Positions 1-10,470 are shown, numbered from the stretch's first letter. The stretch: DNA of 56,024 nt from a bacterium (GCA_025774645.1 JALGVN010000003.1:1-56024); one strand, 5' to 3'. Made by a program: numbers and translations. Notes: generated by a model not told the origin, from the sequence alone.

Positions 1-105
1 GCAGGTGATGCCTCGACAGGTGGCGCCTCGGCAGGTGGCCCCTCGGCAGGTGGCCCCTCGGCAGGTGGCCCCTCGGCAGGTGGCCCCTCGGCAGGTGGCC
101 CCTCG
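1..105. repeat. 15-bp tandem repeat: 5 perfect copies of gcaggtggcccctcg plus 2 degenerate copies. It encodes (EGPPA)n in the minus-strand lipoprotein.
   Basis: Read directly. Units occupy 1-15, 16-30 (degenerate), 31-45, 46-60, 61-75, 76-90 and 91-105 (identical). There are no spacers, so this is not a CRISPR array. Confidence 0.95.
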
Positions 106-1899
106 TCCCCTGTCTCCGGCTCCGGCGAACTTCCAGGCGGAGCTTCCTCCCTCGTGACGAGCGAGTCAGGAGGCGGAGCCGGTCCGAACTCCTCGGCCGC
201 GATCTCCTCTTCCACGATGAGCGGCGGAAGACCGAGCCACTCCCGCGCGGCGACCGCCTGTTCACTCATCGGGAACTCGTCGACGACCACCCGGTACGCC
301 CCTTCAGCTGCCAGCGAGTCCTCGGTCACGTTCTCGAGCGTCCACGCGATGGCGAACGCCGCACTCGGTGCTTCTGCGCTCTCGGGGTGCTCCTCCACGA
401 CCGTGTGGTACTGCTCCAGGGCGTTCTCGTGATCCCCGAGACCGAAGAGGTAGGCCTCGGCGACATGGAATCGGGCGTTGGCGACGATGTCCTCGGCGGA
501 GCCTTCGTCGGCGGGCGCGTCACCGGGGGCGCCGGTCGTGGCGGAGGCGCCCGCGGCAAAATCGCCCGCTGGAGGACCGGTCGCGACGAGTGTGTCGAGA
601 TCAGCCTGAATCGTCTCGCCGGCCTCTCCGGGGAGCGACATCGGCGGCTCGTCCAAGTGCGTCGTATCGACGACGGAGACGGCACCGGCCTCGCCTTCCA
701 CCCGCTCGCGCTCGGACAGCTCTGCGCCCTCGAGTGAGACCTCGCCTCCGGGCGCGGTCTCACTCTCGGGAGCCGGACCACCCTCGATTGCCTCCCCGCC
801 CTCGGAGACCGCTTCGGCCTCAGCAATGATGGCGAGATACCTCTGCAACTCCTCGATCTCTCTCGCAAGCTCGAGCGCGAGCATGCCCGCCTCGCTCCGG
901 GGCGCCTCTTCCCTCGCCCTGTCGAAGAACTGCTTCGCCTGGTCGAGGTTCTCCATGGAATCCAGCTGGATCAGGCCGATCCGATAGTACGCCTCCGCCG
1001 CCGCAGGCGACCGCTCATGGTCGGCGACGACCTTCTCGTACGTATCGATCGCCCCCGGGAGGTCGCCCATGGTCTCGTAGGCCTTGCCCCTCAGGAGGAG
1101 GACCTTGTCGAGGTTGTCCCTGTCGTCGGTCCTGGCCTCGAGATCGTCTATGACCTCGAGGGAGGTTTCGAACTGGCCGAGCTCGATGCCGGCCTCCGCC
1201 ATCCGCATCCTCGCATCGAAGAGGATGCTGGTGCTGCCTCGGTCGGTCGCGGCCTCGGCGAAGTGCCGCACCGCCGACGGCAGGTCGCCGATCTCCATGT
1301 AGTTCTCTGCCGCGTAGTAGTGCGCCCTGGCGCGGAGGTCGCTGTCGGGGAACCGCTCGAGAGCGTCGACGTACACCTCGGCAGCGTCCCCGTACTGACC
1401 GCGTGCGCGGAGGGTCTCCCCGATCAGGACGAGCGCATCGTCGGAAAGCTCGTGTGGAGGATCCGCCGTTGCGATCGCGAGAAGCAGCTGCTCAGCCGAG
1501 CCCGCGCTCCCCTTGGCGAGCTTGACGGCCGCGAGCATGTACTCCGCGTCGATCCGGAGATCGCTGTCGGGGTAGGTCGTGATCAGCTCGGTCAGGCGCT
1601 GCTCGGCGCTCTCGAGCTTTCCCTGGTGGTAGAGCGCGGTTCCCATGAGGAGAAGCGCGTCGTCGGCCCACTCGGAGGTCGGGTGCTTCCGGACGACCCA
1701 GCCCGCTTTCTCGATGACCCGCTCGTAGAGCTCGCTCTCCGTCGATGACGGCCGGGAATCGGGAGGCCGCTCTTTCCTCAGAGCCGCCGCTTCCTCGGAG
1801 GCAATCTCCGCGTGGTAGAACGTGTTGTAGTACACACAGCCGGGAAAGGAGAGAGACGCGAGGAGCGCGAGAAGCAGGATGCAGGTTCGCTTCGACACG
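1..1899 (-). CDS. TPR-repeat lipoprotein (BamD/YbgF-like); 3' end runs off the left edge of the window
   Basis: Absent from the ORF track because no stop codon lies inside the window. My own minus-strand translation starts at GTG (rc of 1897-1899), with GGAGGAG about 11 nt upstream. It gives VSKRTCILLLALLASLSFPGC (signal peptide plus lipobox Cys). TPR-like helix pairs follow (AEYMLAAVKLAKG, ARAHYYAAENYMEIGD, AEAYYRIGLIQLD), then an acidic low-complexity tail ending in (EGPPA)n. The + ORF 1017..1748 is its antisense shadow. Confidence 0.7.
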
Positions 1900-1968
1900 G
1901 GTCTGGTGACTCCTCCGGAGGCTCGGAAGAGGGGCACGGTGCCCCGGGCGGGAGGTCCGTCCCCGCTG

Positions 1969-2568
<600 letters not shown>

Positions 2569-2574
2569 CTAACA

Positions 2575-3396
2575 TCACGCCCTCGGCTCCGCAAGCGGCG
2601 CTCCCAGCAGGCGCCCGATCTCCGCCGCCATCTCCGGATCCTCGCGCCTGAGCTCCGCAACGAGCGCGTAGCGGGGTGGCGGCTCGAGGCCGATTCGGCC
2701 GAGGAGCGCGTCGTCGCAGAAGACCGACGTCGTCTCGCGATCGGCCAGGATCGATCCCTCGGACATCACGAGCGTGCGGGAGGCGAGTCCCGCCGCGAGC
2801 GCGAGGTCGTGAGTGACGACGGCGACACCGCGTCCGGCCTCCACCTCGTTCGCTATCAGGGCCGCAATGCGCCCGCGCGTGGCCGGATCGAGTCCGGCCG
2901 TCGGCTCGTCGAGAAGGAGGAACGGCCGGCCGAGCGCCAGGATCGCCGCGATGGCCCCGCGCCGCTTCTCCCCCGCCGACAGCGACAGCGGAGCCCTCTC
3001 GCCGAACTCCTCGGGTGGAAGCCCCACCCGGGCCAGAGCGGCCGAGACGCGCTCGTGTACCTCGACGGGACTCAACCCCTGCCGCTTCGGGCCGAACGCG
3101 ACGTCCTCGAAGACCGTCTCCTCGAAGAACTGCGCCTCCGGGAACTGGTGCACGAGCCCGACGTTCGTCCTGAGTGCGGCCGCGGATCCGTCCGGGCTCC
3201 AGACGACCCGCCCCGAGCTCGGACGCGTGAGGCCCGCGATGACCTCGAGGAGCGTCGTCTTCCCGGAGCCCGCGGGCCCGACCACCGCGACACACTCGCC
3301 CTCGACGAGCGTGAGATCGACCGCCGACAGCGCGCGGGTCGGCGAGGGCATGCCCTCGTCGTAGGTAACCGAGACGGACGAGAGTTCGATCCTCAA
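2575..3396 (-). CDS. ecfA2: Energy-coupling factor (ECF) transporter ATPase, EcfA2 type
   Basis: Walker A GPAGSGKT, hallmark VHQFPEAQFFEETVFEDVAFGP, signature LSAGEKRR, Walker B LLLDEPTAGLD. Start trimmed to TTG (rc 3394-3396), which overlaps the ecfA1 stop (TTGA) and gives MRIELSSVSVTY. Confidence 0.85.
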   Translation of the reverse strand: MRIELSSVSVTYDEGMPSPTRALSAVDLTLVEGECVAVVGPAGSGKTTLLEVIAGLTRPSSGRVVWSPDGSAAALRTNVGLVHQFPEAQFFEETVFEDVAFGPKRQGLSPVEVHERVSAALARVGLPPEEFGERAPLSLSAGEKRRGAIAAILALGRPFLLLDEPTAGLDPATRGRIAALIANEVEAGRGVAVVTHDLALAAGLASRTLVMSEGSILADRETTSVFCDDALLGRIGLEPPPRYALVAELRREDPEMAAEIGRLLGAPLAEPRA

Positions 3397-4229
3397 GTGC
3401 GGCTGCCTCCATTCCCAGCCAGGAGCGCTCTCGCGATGGCCTCGACGGTCGCGGCAGCTGCCGGAATCTCGTACCCCGCGCTCCTGAGCTCGCCTGCGAT
3501 CTCCATGGCGGGCGGTCGTGCGAGCCCCCACTCGGAGAGGTGTCCTCCCGGAGAGAAGAGCCCCTCCGGGGAACCGTCGAAGACCACGCGGCCCCCGGCG
3601 AGGACGATGACTCTCAGCGAGAGAGCGATCTCCTCCGGGAACTGCGTGACGTGGACGACGGTCCTCGCGGAGTCGCGGCCGAGTTCCTCGAGGACGCGCC
3701 AGACCTCGTGTCGTCCGGTCGCATCGAGCAGGGACGTCGGCTCATCGAGCGCGAGGTGGTCGGGCCGCATCGCGAGCACCGCGGCGATGGCGACTCGCTG
3801 CTTCTCGCCGCCGGAGAGCCGGTGCGGCGCCCTGTCGCGAAGCCTCCCGAGGTCCATTCGTTCGAGCGCCGCTTCGACGCGTCTCGAAATTTCGGCGGAC
3901 GGCAGGCCGAGGTTCTCCATGCCGAACGCGATCTCCCTCTCGACCGTCGTGCTGACAAGCTGGTTGTCGGGGTTCTGGAAGATCAGGCCGACGCGCCTGC
4001 GGACCTTCCACAGGTTCGAGGCGTCGGCCGTGTCGAGGCCGTCGACCAGGACGCGGCCGCTCGTCGGGAGGTGGAGTGCGTTCAGGAGCCTGACGAAGCT
4101 GGTCTTGCCGGATCCGCTCGGGCCGACGACCGCGACCGACTCCCCGTCCCGTATCGTCAGGTCGATAGCGGAGAGGGCGGGGCGCGCCGCGCCGTCGTAC
4201 GTCAGGCCTACGCCTTCGAACTCGATCAC
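3393..4229 (-). CDS. ecfA1: Energy-coupling factor (ECF) transporter ATPase, EcfA1 type
   Basis: Walker A GPSGSGKT, FQNPDNQ hallmark of the EcfA/CbiO family, LSGGEKQR, LALDEPTSLLD. Start trimmed to GTG at 4229 (AGGAG 5-6 nt upstream), giving MIEFEGVGLTY. The longer track ORF would overlap the upstream gene by 136 nt. Confidence 0.85.
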   Translation of the reverse strand: MIEFEGVGLTYDGAARPALSAIDLTIRDGESVAVVGPSGSGKTSFVRLLNALHLPTSGRVLVDGLDTADASNLWKVRRRVGLIFQNPDNQLVSTTVEREIAFGMENLGLPSAEISRRVEAALERMDLGRLRDRAPHRLSGGEKQRVAIAAVLAMRPDHLALDEPTSLLDATGRHEVWRVLEELGRDSARTVVHVTQFPEEIALSLRVIVLAGGRVVFDGSPEGLFSPGGHLSEWGLARPPAMEIAGELRSAGYEIPAAAATVEAIARALLAGNGGSRT

Positions 4230-4242
4230 TCGTCGCTCCTGC

Positions 4243-5088
4243 CTACTCGGGCCGATTTTGCCACTCGTCCTCCGCCGCCTGCCGCGCCAGCTCCTCGAGC
4301 CTCCGGCGCGCCTGGTCGACCCACACGCCATCGGGGAACCGTCGGACGTACGCGTCGAGCGAGATGATCCCCTCCTCACGCCGCCCCACCTTCAGGAGCG
4401 CGATCGCGCGGGAGTAGTGCGCGTCCTCGTTCCCGGGATCGACGTCGAGGACCCGCCCAAACGCGACGATCGCCTGTTCGGTCCGGCCTTCCTCGAAATA
4501 CGCCCTCCCGAGCGCGAAGAGGACCATCGGGTCGTTCGGACGGAGGGACGCTGCCCGCTCGAGCGCCGCCGTGGCGCGCGAGGCCTCGCCCGACATCAGG
4601 AGCACGACGCCGAGGTTGTACCCGGCGTCGAAGAACGACGGGTCCGCCCTGAGCGCCGCGCGGAACTCCTCCTCGGCCTTCTGCAGATCCCCGCGTCCGG
4701 CGAGGAGCGTGCCGCGATTGTAGAAGATCTTCGCCTCGGTCCTGCGCTTGTAGCGCTCGACGTCGCTCGCCCCCACGGGGACGTTGAGGACGGCCCCGGG
4801 CTCGAGTTCGTACTCCGGAGAGACGTCGTTCTTGTCCGCGAGGTACTGGTCCGCCGCGCGATCGCCGTAGTAGTCGTCGGCGATCGAAGCGATCGTCTCC
4901 CCCTCCGACACCTCGTGAGAGACGATCTCGACCGTCGCCTCGCCGCTCCCGCTCGTGCTCGGCGGGAACGAACACCCGGCGGCGAGGAGAACGACTGCGG
5001 TCCCGAACGCCACGCCGGTCAGGATCCTCGCGAGAACCCCGGCGAAGCGCGGTCCGGGACATCCCGCCTCTCGGCCTCTGACGGTCAC
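4243..5088 (-). CDS. LysM domain plus TPR repeat lipoprotein
   Basis: Signal peptide with lipobox (VVLLAAGC). LysM-like segment HEVSEGETIASIADDYYGD...LEPGAVLNVP. TPR repeats follow (AEEEFRAALRADPSFFDAGYNLGVVL, ALERAASLRPNDPMVLFALGRAY, and others). Confidence 0.7.
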   Translation of the reverse strand: MTVRGREAGCPGPRFAGVLARILTGVAFGTAVVLLAAGCSFPPSTSGSGEATVEIVSHEVSEGETIASIADDYYGDRAADQYLADKNDVSPEYELEPGAVLNVPVGASDVERYKRRTEAKIFYNRGTLLAGRGDLQKAEEEFRAALRADPSFFDAGYNLGVVLLMSGEASRATAALERAASLRPNDPMVLFALGRAYFEEGRTEQAIVAFGRVLDVDPGNEDAHYSRAIALLKVGRREEGIISLDAYVRRFPDGVWVDQARRRLEELARQAAEDEWQNRPE

Positions 5089-6071
5089 GAAGTCCCTCCT
5101 TCCACTCCGCGGGCGGCGTCCGCGGACTGCTCGAGCCTCGTGCGAAGGCGGTCGTACTCCTCGATCCTGACGAGCTCCGCACGGAGCGCCGACGCCCCCG
5201 GGAAGCTCTTGAGGTAGGCGACGAGGTGCTTCCGCGTCTCGAAGACGCCCTTGCGGTCACCCTTGTGCTCGACCATGAGGTCGAGGTGCTCGACCGCAAG
5301 TCTGAGCTTCTCCTCGAGCGACGGCGGGTCGGGCGCGCGCCCGGTCCGCGCCAGCTCGATCGACGCCCTGAAGATCCACGGGTTGCCGAGGGCGGCCCTC
5401 CCGATCATCACGGCGTCGCACGAGGTCTCGTCGATCATGCGAAGGCCGTCCGCAGGCGTTCTCACGTCACCGCTCCCGATGACGGGGATGCCGGTCTCCT
5501 CCGCGACCGCGCGGATGACCGACCAGTCTGCCGATCCGGCGAACCCCTGTGCCTTCGTCCTCGGGTGGACGGCGACCGCCGCCACGCCGGACTCCTCGAG
5601 GACCCTCGCCGCCTCGACGGCGTTCACGGTCTCCGCGTCCCAGCCGCTCCTGATCTTGAACGTGACCGGGACGCTCGAGGCACCGACGACCGCCGCGGCA
5701 ATCTCACGGAGGAGTCCGAGGTCCCGCATGAGACCCGCCCCCGAGCCCGATCGGATGACCTTCCTCGCCGGACAGCCGGCGTTGACGTCGAGAACGTCCG
5801 GCCCGAGCGCGGCGACGGCGGCCGCGGCCGCGGCCATAGACTCGGGATTCGCTCCGAAGATCTGGAAGGCGATCGGCCGTTCCTCGGCGTCGAACCGGAG
5901 GAGGTCGAAGGTCTTGCCGCCTCCTCGAATGATCCCCTCCGCGCTCACCATCTCGGTCCAGACCATCGCCGCGCCCATGCGCCGGCAGAGCCGCCTCATG
6001 GGGCTGTCCGTGATGCCCGCCAGGGGCGCCAGAACGAACGGGTGGTCGAGCCCGACGCTGTCTATCCGCAT
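5085..6071 (-). CDS. dusB: tRNA-dihydrouridine synthase (DusB family)
   Basis: MRIDSVGLDHPFVLAPLAGITDSPMRRLCRRMGA is a typical Dus N-terminus. The fold is an FMN TIM barrel with the NAGCPARKV catalytic-Cys motif. Start trimmed to ATG 6071; the 120 codons upstream in the track ORF are Arg/Ser-rich junk overlapping the next gene. Confidence 0.9.
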   Translation of the reverse strand: MRIDSVGLDHPFVLAPLAGITDSPMRRLCRRMGAAMVWTEMVSAEGIIRGGGKTFDLLRFDAEERPIAFQIFGANPESMAAAAAAVAALGPDVLDVNAGCPARKVIRSGSGAGLMRDLGLLREIAAAVVGASSVPVTFKIRSGWDAETVNAVEAARVLEESGVAAVAVHPRTKAQGFAGSADWSVIRAVAEETGIPVIGSGDVRTPADGLRMIDETSCDAVMIGRAALGNPWIFRASIELARTGRAPDPPSLEEKLRLAVEHLDLMVEHKGDRKGVFETRKHLVAYLKSFPGASALRAELVRIEEYDRLRTRLEQSADAARGVEGGTS

Positions 6072-6077
6072 GAGTGG

Positions 6078-6107
6078 AGTATAGGGGCGGCCGCTCGGGG
6101 ACGTCAA
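6078..6107 (-). promoter_or_regulatory. Putative sigma70-type promoter of dusB (TTGACG-N18-TATACT); the -10 element ends 6 nt before the ATG
   Basis: Minus-strand reading: cTTGACGtccccgagcggccgccccTATACTccactcATG. Confidence 0.4.
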
Positions 6108-6165
6108 GGAAGCCGCCCTGAGGTCACGCAGTAGGCGGTTCCCGCTGCCCCATGGGGCCTGAAAG

Positions 6166-6196
6166 CGCCGGGGCGGCGCAGCGCGCCGCCCCGGCG
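6166..6196 (-). terminator. GC-rich hairpin (14-bp perfect stem, 3-nt loop) downstream of the S41 protease gene
   Basis: cgccggggcggcgc-agc-gcgccgccccggcg read directly. On the minus strand it is followed by GCTTTCAGG. Confidence 0.5.
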
Positions 6197-6222
6197 GTTC
6201 GATTCGTGTCCCGCGCGAGCTC

Positions 6223-7818
6223 CTACTCGACGACGACCGCCTCGTGGTCCTCAGCCAGCGCGAAGAGCGCGTCGAGATTCGCCGACTGCCTCGCGAACTC
6301 CGCGGTCTGCACGAACTGCTCGTCGCCTTCCGCCGCGATGAGATAGGCCGTCTCGCGGCTGTCGAACTTCCGCGCCATGTCGCGCCGGATGGCCCGCTCG
6401 ATCTCGGTCCGCTCCGCCTCGAGATCGGCAAGCTCGTACGTGAACTCGTCCCTGTCGAGGAACTCGAGGAACTCGCCCCACTCGCCGTCGCCGATCACGT
6501 AGCCGCTTGGCGGAGACCCATGCCGGCCGGCGTAGGCGATCGCGAACTCGAAGAACTCCTCGCGCCTCTCGAGGTCGACGACGATGTCGGCGCGCCTCAC
6601 CGGCTCGACCACGATGTCGGGCGTCACTCCTCCGCCGCCGTAGACGATCCTCCCGGCGGCGGTCTGGTACTCGGGCCGCTCGGGCTCGGACTCGCCGGAC
6701 TCGATCTCGCCCTCGACGAGTTCCTCGTCCTCGGTGTCCCACCTCTCGGGCTTCTCGATCAGGCGGCCGCTCGCGATGTACCACTTGGCGGTGGTGAGCT
6801 TCATCGCGCACTCCTTCGTGAGCGGGCGGAGGCGCATCAGGGTCTGGACGGACCCCTTGCCGAAGCTTGTGGTGCCGACGACGACACCGCGGTCCCAGTC
6901 CTGGATCGCGCCCGCGAGGATCTCCGACGCGCTCGCGCTTCCCCCGTTGACGAGAACGAGGATCGGGAAGTCCCGATCGTACCGAGCCTCAGTCCGGGCG
7001 AAGTACTCGGTGTTCTGGTTCTTGAGCCTGCCCTTCGTGCTCACGACAAGCTCCCCGGTGTCGAGGAAGATGTCGCTCACGTCGACCGCCTGCGAGAGCA
7101 GACCGCCGGGGTTGCTTCTGACGTCGAGGATCAGGCTCTTCATTCCCTGGTCCTCGAGCTCGCTGAGAGCCTTCTCGAGCTCGTCCGCAGTCGTTCTCGC
7201 GAAACGCGAGATGCGGACGTAGCCGACGCCGCCGTCAAGCATGAACGAATAGGGCACGCTGTCGATCTTGATGATGTCGCGCGTTATGGTGTACTCGAGG
7301 AGGTCGTCGACACCCTCGCGCCCTATCGTGATCGTGACCTGTGTCCCCGGGGCGCCGCGGAGCCGCTTGACGGCCCCGTCCACCGTGATTCCGCGGGTCG
7401 ACTCGCCCTCGATCCCGACGACCCTGTCGCCCGACTGGATGCCTAGATCATACGCGGGCGTGCCCTCGATCGGACTCACGACGGTGAGGACGCCGTCGCG
7501 AACGGTGATCTGGATTCCCAGCCCCCCGAACTCGCCTTCCGTCGTCACCTGGAAGTCGCTGAAGTCCTTCTCGTCGAGGAACGTCGAGTACGGATCGAGG
7601 GAGTCGAGCATCCCTCGGATCGCCCCGTACATGAGCTCCTTCGGGTCCACCTCCTCGACGTACGCCCCCTCGATCTTCGCGAGGGAGTCGTTGAAGAGGT
7701 CGAGATACGTGTAGAGGTCCTTCCGGGCGCTCACCCTCTCGACGGCCCAGCCGCCGAGCACGACGCCAACGATGAGCGCCGTCAGGATCGGTGCGTATCG
7801 CCTGAACCTGCGTGTCAT
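6223..7818 (-). CDS. Carboxyl-terminal processing protease (peptidase S41, Ctp/Prc family) with PDZ domain and long C-terminal extension
   Basis: N-terminal TM anchor. GAIRGMLDSLDPYSTFL, PDZ (GGLGIQITVRDGVLTVVSPIEGTPAYDLGIQSGDRVV), catalytic region DVRSNPGGLL and GGSASASEILAGA, FGKGSVQ. AAGGAAGG RBS lies upstream of ATG 7818. Confidence 0.9.
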   Translation of the reverse strand: MTRRFRRYAPILTALIVGVVLGGWAVERVSARKDLYTYLDLFNDSLAKIEGAYVEEVDPKELMYGAIRGMLDSLDPYSTFLDEKDFSDFQVTTEGEFGGLGIQITVRDGVLTVVSPIEGTPAYDLGIQSGDRVVGIEGESTRGITVDGAVKRLRGAPGTQVTITIGREGVDDLLEYTITRDIIKIDSVPYSFMLDGGVGYVRISRFARTTADELEKALSELEDQGMKSLILDVRSNPGGLLSQAVDVSDIFLDTGELVVSTKGRLKNQNTEYFARTEARYDRDFPILVLVNGGSASASEILAGAIQDWDRGVVVGTTSFGKGSVQTLMRLRPLTKECAMKLTTAKWYIASGRLIEKPERWDTEDEELVEGEIESGESEPERPEYQTAAGRIVYGGGGVTPDIVVEPVRRADIVVDLERREEFFEFAIAYAGRHGSPPSGYVIGDGEWGEFLEFLDRDEFTYELADLEAERTEIERAIRRDMARKFDSRETAYLIAAEGDEQFVQTAEFARQSANLDALFALAEDHEAVVVE

Positions 7819-7837
7819 GGAAGACCTTCCTTTGCCC

Positions 7838-8500
7838 TTACCCGCGCTCTGCCAGCAGCTCGTCGACCCTGGCGATGATGATGGCGGTGATCTCCGAGGC
7901 GTCGAGGCTCGCGTCGATCACCACGAAACGTGACGGGTCGCGGTCGGCTACCTCGAGATACGCCGTCCGCACCCTTTCGTGAAACGTCAGTGCCTCACTC
8001 TCGATCCTGTCCGGCCCCCCGGGCCGTCCGCCCCCGGGGCCACCGGCGAGCCTGTCGAGTCCGGCCTTCGGATCGAGGTCGAGAAGGAACGTCACATCCG
8101 GTTTGACGCCGCCCGTCGCAACATCGTTCAACGGCTCCACCAGCTCGGCCCCAAGCTCCCGCCCTCCGCCCTGATACGCGACGCTCGCGTCTCCGTACCT
8201 GTCGGATACGACGACCGCACCCCGCTCGAGTTCCGGGAGGACGACCTGAGCCACGTGCTCCGACCTGGATGCGAGATACAGGAACAGCTCGGTCTCGGGG
8301 AGCATCCCGGTCTGCCCGAGATCGAGGAGTATGTCCCGCAGACTCTCGCCGAGCGGAGTGCCGCCCGGTTCCCGAGTCACCCTCACCGGGACCCCCAGCG
8401 ACTCGAGATGGGACCGGAGCGCGCCGACCTGCGTCGACTTGCCCGAACCCTCGACACCCTCGAACGTGATGAAGAGCCCGAAGGCCGCTCCACCTGTCAT
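7838..8500 (-). CDS. tmk: Thymidylate kinase
   Basis: FITFEGVEGSGKSTQ P-loop, TREPGGTPLGE, DRY motif. Start trimmed to ATG 8500 (GGAG 7 nt upstream). Confidence 0.9.
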   Translation of the reverse strand: MTGGAAFGLFITFEGVEGSGKSTQVGALRSHLESLGVPVRVTREPGGTPLGESLRDILLDLGQTGMLPETELFLYLASRSEHVAQVVLPELERGAVVVSDRYGDASVAYQGGGRELGAELVEPLNDVATGGVKPDVTFLLDLDPKAGLDRLAGGPGGGRPGGPDRIESEALTFHERVRTAYLEVADRDPSRFVVIDASLDASEITAIIIARVDELLAERG

Positions 8501-8569
8501 TAGATGCTCCACGCGGCCGGCGGTCTCTCGCCGGCGGCTCTCACCCGGGTCCACCCGGGACCATGTGCA

Positions 8570-8594
8570 TCAGGCCGGGCACCGCCCGGCCTGA
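8570..8594 (-). terminator. Hairpin (10-bp stem) downstream of ino1
   Basis: tcaggccggg-caccg-cccggcctga read directly; it lies 54 nt after the ino1 stop. Confidence 0.45.
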
Positions 8595-8647
8595 CCAGTT
8601 TCGACGCGGACGGGGCGTCCGGGTCTCCCGCCTGGACGCGCCCCGCT

Positions 8648-9802
8648 CTACGACACCGAGAGCTCCTCGACCAGCTCGTCCGCGGAGCCGGCGGAGTTCT
8701 TCGACCCTCCGCCGCTCCCGCCAGAGTGCTCCTCGATGAACTCCTCGGTCATGTGCCGCGCGTCGTCGTCCCGGAACTGGGTGGGCGGCGACTTGAAGAA
8801 GTAGGCGGACGGGGCCTCGATCGCTCCCGAGAGCCCGCTCTCGAGCGCGAGCTTCATGCAACGCACGGCGTCGATCATGACGCCGGCGGAGTTCGGCGAG
8901 TCCCAGACCTCGAGCTTCATCTCGGCATTAAGGGGAACGTCACCGAACGTCGTCCCCTCCATCCGTATGTACGCCCACTTCCTGTCGGTGAGCCATGGGA
9001 CGTAGTCGGACGGACCGATGTGCACGTTGTCCGCGCCGATGTCGTAGTCGAGCTGAGACGTCACGGCGTTCGTCTTCGAGATCTTCTTCGATTCGAGTCG
9101 CGAGCGCTCAAGCATGTTGAGGAAGTCGGTGTTGCCGCCGACGTTCAGCTGGCTCGTCCGCTCCAGCTTGACGCCTCGGTCCAGGAAGAGCCTGGTCATG
9201 ATGCGATGGACGATCGTCGCGCCGACCTGCGACTTGACGTCGTCGCCCATCACCGGCAGTCCCTTCTTCTCGAAGCGCTGCTGCCAGTAGCGCTCGCGGG
9301 CGATGAAGACCGGGATGCCGTTGACGAAGCCGCAGCCCGCCTCGAGGATCTGCTCGACGTACCACTTCGTCGCTTCCTCGCTCCCCACCGGCAGGAAGTT
9401 CACTACGACGTCCGTCTTCGAGTCCTTCAAGAGCTCGACGATGTCCTCTGTCGATCCCGGAGCCGTCTCGATGATCTCGGAGAGGTACTTCCCCAGACCG
9501 TCGTGGGTCATCCCCCGTGCCACCCTGACACCCAGGCTCGGAACGTCGCTGAACTTGAACGTGTTGTTCGGCTCAGTGAAGATGGCCTGCGACAGGTCCT
9601 TTCCAACCTTGTTCTTGTCGATGTCGATCGCCGCCGAGAACTCCACGTCCCCGATGTGGTAGCCGCCGAGGTTGACGTGCATGAGGCCGGGAACGAACTC
9701 GTCCTCCGCTGCGTTCTTGTAGTACTCGACGCCCTGGACGAGTGACGACGCGCAGTTGCCGACACCGATGATCGCGACTCTCACCTTCTTGTCTTTGGCC
9801 AT
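8648..9802 (-). CDS. ino1: myo-Inositol-1-phosphate (inositol-3-phosphate) synthase, prokaryotic type
   Basis: [29 protein letters not shown] Rossmann N-terminus, then [17 protein letters not shown] and [14 protein letters not shown]. Length of about 384 aa is typical of bacterial/archaeal MIPS. Confidence 0.88.
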   Translation of the reverse strand: MAKDKKVRVAIIGVGNCASSLVQGVEYYKNAAEDEFVPGLMHVNLGGYHIGDVEFSAAIDIDKNKVGKDLSQAIFTEPNNTFKFSDVPSLGVRVARGMTHDGLGKYLSEIIETAPGSTEDIVELLKDSKTDVVVNFLPVGSEEATKWYVEQILEAGCGFVNGIPVFIARERYWQQRFEKKGLPVMGDDVKSQVGATIVHRIMTRLFLDRGVKLERTSQLNVGGNTDFLNMLERSRLESKKISKTNAVTSQLDYDIGADNVHIGPSDYVPWLTDRKWAYIRMEGTTFGDVPLNAEMKLEVWDSPNSAGVMIDAVRCMKLALESGLSGAIEAPSAYFFKSPPTQFRDDDARHMTEEFIEEHSGGSGGGSKNSAGSADELVEELSVS

Positions 9803-9843
9803 GAGGAGGATCTCCCAAAAAAGAGGTTTCGTTCGCCGGCGCC

Positions 9844-10470
9844 TCAGGCTCTCCCGCTCTTGAGGACGTGCCGGATTCGTTGCAGTGCCGTCACGTGCGA
9901 CAGGATCGCGAGGATCCAGAGCGCCACTCTGAACACGTTCGGTCCGAGGAACGCCCCGACGATGAGAATGACGAGACGCTCAGGCCGCTCGGCGAGCCCG
10001 ACCTTGCAGCTCACCCCGATGGCCTCGGCCCGCGCCCTCGTGTAGCTCACCATGAGCGAGCCGGCGAGGGCAAGCAGAACGACCACCGCCGTCAGCGTCT
10101 CCGGACTCGCCGCCGAGCGCACGAGGTAGTAGTAGAGCGCTCCGGCGAGGACCGCGATCTCCGAGTAACGATCGATCGTCGAGTCCAGAAACGCGCCGGT
10201 ATCGGTCGCCCTGTTCCCGGCGCGCGCGGCGGCCCCGTCCATCATGTCGCAGATGCCCGCGAGGATGAGGAGGATGCCTGCGCCCGGGAAGTGCCCCGTC
10301 CCGAGACTCCACCCGGCGAGCACCGACAGAACGAGACCAGCGACGGTGATCGCATCGGGCGGAACCCCAACGTCCGCCAGAAAACGCGCGAGCGGACCGA
10401 CGAACTTCCGGAGCTTCTGCTTCAACGCGCTCGCCGCCATACCCGAACGCCCGCTCCAGGATGAGCCCAT
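9844..10470 (-). CDS. CDP-alcohol phosphatidyltransferase; from context, possibly a phosphatidylinositol-phosphate synthase-like enzyme
   Basis: Family motif D-G-x2-A-R-x8-G-x3-D-x3-D is present ([31 protein letters not shown]). About 6 TM helices, 208 aa, no fused cytidylyltransferase domain. Sits immediately upstream of ino1 in the same transcription unit. An alternative start is ATG 10440. Confidence 0.8.
   Translation of the reverse strand: MGSSWSGRSGMAASALKQKLRKFVGPLARFLADVGVPPDAITVAGLVLSVLAGWSLGTGHFPGAGILLILAGICDMMDGAAARAGNRATDTGAFLDSTIDRYSEIAVLAGALYYYLVRSAASPETLTAVVVLLALAGSLMVSYTRARAEAIGVSCKVGLAERPERLVILIVGAFLGPNVFRVALWILAILSHVTALQRIRHVLKSGRA

Noticed and set aside
1-105. Possible CRISPR array or minisatellite at the window start
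   Set aside because: The units are contiguous 15-mers without spacers and sit in frame inside a coding region, encoding (EGPPA)n. This is a coding tandem repeat, not a CRISPR array.
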